A DNA stretch of 64,000 nt, from contig CAKKNE010000003.1 of the NCBI GenBank assembly GCA_918797485.1, forward strand, positions 2,976,001 to 3,040,000. Reading direction: 5' to 3'. Positions 61,138 to 64,000 of this stretch are shown here, in pieces. The translations under genes were made by a program, and so were the position numbers. This DNA is from Pelagomonas calceolata. Its lineage: Eukaryota. The notes under the pieces are model-generated. The model saw nothing but the letters and a program-made list of their open reading frames with translations. It searched no databases and was not told the origin of the DNA. The number at the start of each line of letters is the position of its first letter. Position 1 is the first letter of the stretch.

Positions 61138-63819
61138 TTACCCGGAGCACGACACGCACGCCTCGACGTGGCCGCCGCGGCCGTCGTCGATCGTCGTGGG
61201 CGCCGCCGCCGCGGCGCCGGGCGCGGAAGCCTCGAGCGTGAACTGGATCGCGTCCGCCGCGGGCCGCGTCCGCAGGTAGTACATGCCCGTCTTGAGGCCC
61301 GCCTCCCAGCCCCGGAAGTGGAAGGTCGTGAGCTTGCCGTAGTCCGGCGCCGCGATGAAACAGTTCAGGGACTGCGACTGATCCACAAAAGGCCCGCGGC
61401 CCGCGCTCAGGTCCAGCAGCGACTTTTGGGAGAGCTCCCAGGCCGTCTTGTACAAAGCCTTCAAGTCGTCGGGAATAGCCAGGCCCTGGACCGACCCCTG
61501 CGCCCGCAACAGGTCCCGCCTCAGATTTTCGTCCCACAAACCCAGTTCACATAAGTCCTTGACGAGGTGCCGGTTCGCGACCACGAACTCCCCGGCCTTG
61601 ACGCGCCGCGCGTAGAGGTTGGACGTGTACGGCTCGAAGCACTCGTTGCAGCCCATGATCTGCGCCGTCGACGCCGTCGGCATCGGCGCCGTCAGCAACG
61701 AGTTCCGCAATCCATAGCGCGCGAGATCGGCCCTTAACTGGGCCCAGTCCCACCGCGACTTCGCGTCGAGCTCCTTCGCGTCGAGACCCCACAAGTCCGG
61801 CTGGAGCTCGCCGCGCGACGCCGGCGACCCCGCGTACGAGTCGTGCGGCCCGTGCTTCTTCGCGAGCTCGATCGACGCTTCCAATGCGCCGACATATATC
61901 GCTTCGAAGATGTCCACGTTCAGCTTCTGGGCTTCTTCCGAGTCGAAGGGCAGCCGCAGCAACGCGTATAGATCCGCGAGGCCCTGGACCCCGATGCCGA
62001 TCGGCCGGTGCCGCAAGTTACTCCTTTCAGCGGCGGCGTTGGGGTAGGTCCCGTGGTCGATCGTCGCATCTAAATTGGTAGCGACGACTTTTGCCGTTTG
62101 CTTGAGTCCCTCGAGGTCCACTTCATTATTCTTCACGAACCGCGGCAATACGAGGGAAGCCAGGTTGCAGACCGCAATTTCATCATTATTCGCGAACTCG
62201 ACGATCTCGCAGCACAGGTTCGAGCACTTGATCGGCCCGAGGTGCTGCTGGTTCGACTTCTTGTTGCAGGCGTCCTTATAAAGCATGTACGGCGTGCCGG
62301 TCTCCATCTGGGCATCTAAGATGGCCCGCCAGAGCTTCCGAGCTTTCACTTTGCGCTTGAACTTGCCCTGCGCCTCGTACGTCTCATAGAGGTTGTCGAA
62401 GGCGTTGCCGATCGCGTCCGTCAAACCCGGGCACTCGTCCGGGCACATCAACGCCCATTCAGCATCATCTCGGACGCGTCTCATAAATAAGTCGGGGACC
62501 CACAGCCCATAAAACAAATCCCTCGCTCGTCGCTCTTCCTTCCCGTGGTTCTTCTTGAGGTCCAACACATCAAATATATCAGCGTGCCACGGCTCGACGT
62601 AGGCCGCGAAGGCTCCTGGTCTTTTACCTCCTCCCTGGTCGACGTACCTCGCCGTCGCGTCGAAGACGCGCAGCATGGGCACCAAACCATTGCTCTCGCC
62701 GCCCGTGCCCTTGATCTTCGAGCCCGCGGCCCGCACGTCGGCGACGGACAGCCCGATGCCGCCCGCCGCTTTCGAGATTCGAGCGCATTCACCTAACGCC
62801 TTGTAGATGCCCTCGATGGAATCGTCCGTCGATCCGAGCAAAAAGCACGAGGATAAATGGGCCCGCTTCAGGCCGGCGTGGAACAACGTCGGCGACGCGT
62901 GGATGAAGTGGCCCCGGCTCATCAGGTCGTAGGTCTCCAGGGCCCGTTCCAACTGCTCGGAGCTCTCCCAGCCTGCGTTTGCGTCGTGTCATCTTCGTGT
63001 CTCTCGGCGCGCGGCGACATCTCTGCGCGTTGCGCGTTCTTCTTTGCGTCTCTCTGCGCGAAGGCGACGTGCCCGCGTCGACGGCGCCATCGCCGCGCCG
63101 GTCGATCTCGATACCTCTCGCTCGCGCGTTCAGACGCTGTATCACATACCGCGGTGAATACCTAAAGCAACGCGCATCAGCAGGTGCTGGGGCCGCTCCG
63201 CGATGCCGTTCCCGTGGACGCCCCCGCGGTGCCGCAGCAAGTAAGACTTCTCGAGCGTCTTGTAGCCAAAATAGTCAAATCCATCAAAATCGCGCTCGTC
63301 GGAGATCGCCCCCTCGACTTGCGCGACGAAGTACTTATCGTTCTCGAGGGCGGCGCGGAAGCCCGCGTCCAGGATGTGGCAGGGCTCGCCCGTCGTGGGA
63401 TTCGGCTCGTCGTCTAAGGTTAACAACGTCTCCTTGAACGACGAGGACGTCGTGGCGTGGAGGCGGTCGACGGCCAGGCGCGCGGCGAGGCGGCCGTAGT
63501 CCGGGTGCTCCGTCGCGGCGTAGGCGGCGTTCTCGGCCAGCGTTTGCTCGACGGTCGCGTAGTCGAGCGCCGCGGCGCCGGCCAACGCCTTCTTCACTAC
63601 TTTTTCCGGCTTCACGTAGGCGTCCAATCCTCTTGCGTAGACCCTAACCTTCTCGAGGAGCTGGCGCTCCAGAGGCGTTGTCGTGTCTTCATTGGGCGGC
63701 TTGAGCGTCTTCGGGGGCGGCGGCGGCGGCCGCGGCGCGACGGAGCCGCCGCGCCACTTTAGTGGTGCCGGCGGCCGCGCGCCAGCCGTCGCGGCGAGGG
63801 CGGCGAGGAGGACGCGCAT
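61138..63819 (-). CDS. RNR1: Ribonucleotide reductase large subunit (class Ia) with N-terminal signal-like peptide; intron 62973-63149
   Basis: [65 protein letters not shown]-terminal CVSCSG. Confidence 0.96.
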
Positions 63820-64000
63820 TACTTTGACGCCTTGAAGCGCAGAAACAGGGGCAGCTGAAGTCTTGGTGATGCTCTTGTGCCGCCCGACGGTGCTTGACGC
63901 GGCCCGGGCCAGGTGACGGCTAGGCGATGAAGCGCTGTTGTGTGTGTTGGCAGCTTTCAGGTTGGCTTTCGCAGAGAGAACGCCGGCGAGAGTCTCCCGC

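Overview
Gene-dense, very GC-rich eukaryotic nuclear DNA from a photosynthetic stramenopile, most likely a pelagophyte (Pelagomonas/Aureococcus-like). This is inferred from bipartite signal+ASAF-type plastid presequences, a delta carbonic anhydrase, tiny intergenic spacers and introner-type introns. About 40 protein genes are supported, including SGT1, a PCP-like lumen protein, a PLP aminotransferase, ALKBH6, GST, MMPL, Sec1-like, Sds3-like, a UvrD-J-domain helicase, PPase, CK1/VRK kinase, TauE, PI31, ABA4, an FHA-SAP protein, delta-CA, a CDF transporter, GcvH, codanin-1-like, CHCHD2, MDP1-ASCH and RNR R1. Highlights: (1) a tRNA-Tyr(GTA) with a canonical 37/38 intron plus a second 40-nt intron in the D-stem (10/11) that folds into an archaeal-style bulge-helix-bulge; (2) four introner transposons with TIRs and 8-bp TSDs forming in-frame spliceosomal introns, plus many decayed relatives; (3) a CGGCGTCC-like motif at a fixed +9/+10 offset from most predicted 5' splice sites; (4) two short repeat families lying in sense orientation just 3' of genes at head-to-tail junctions. 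All gene models were derived by eye, with no database searches or RNA data.
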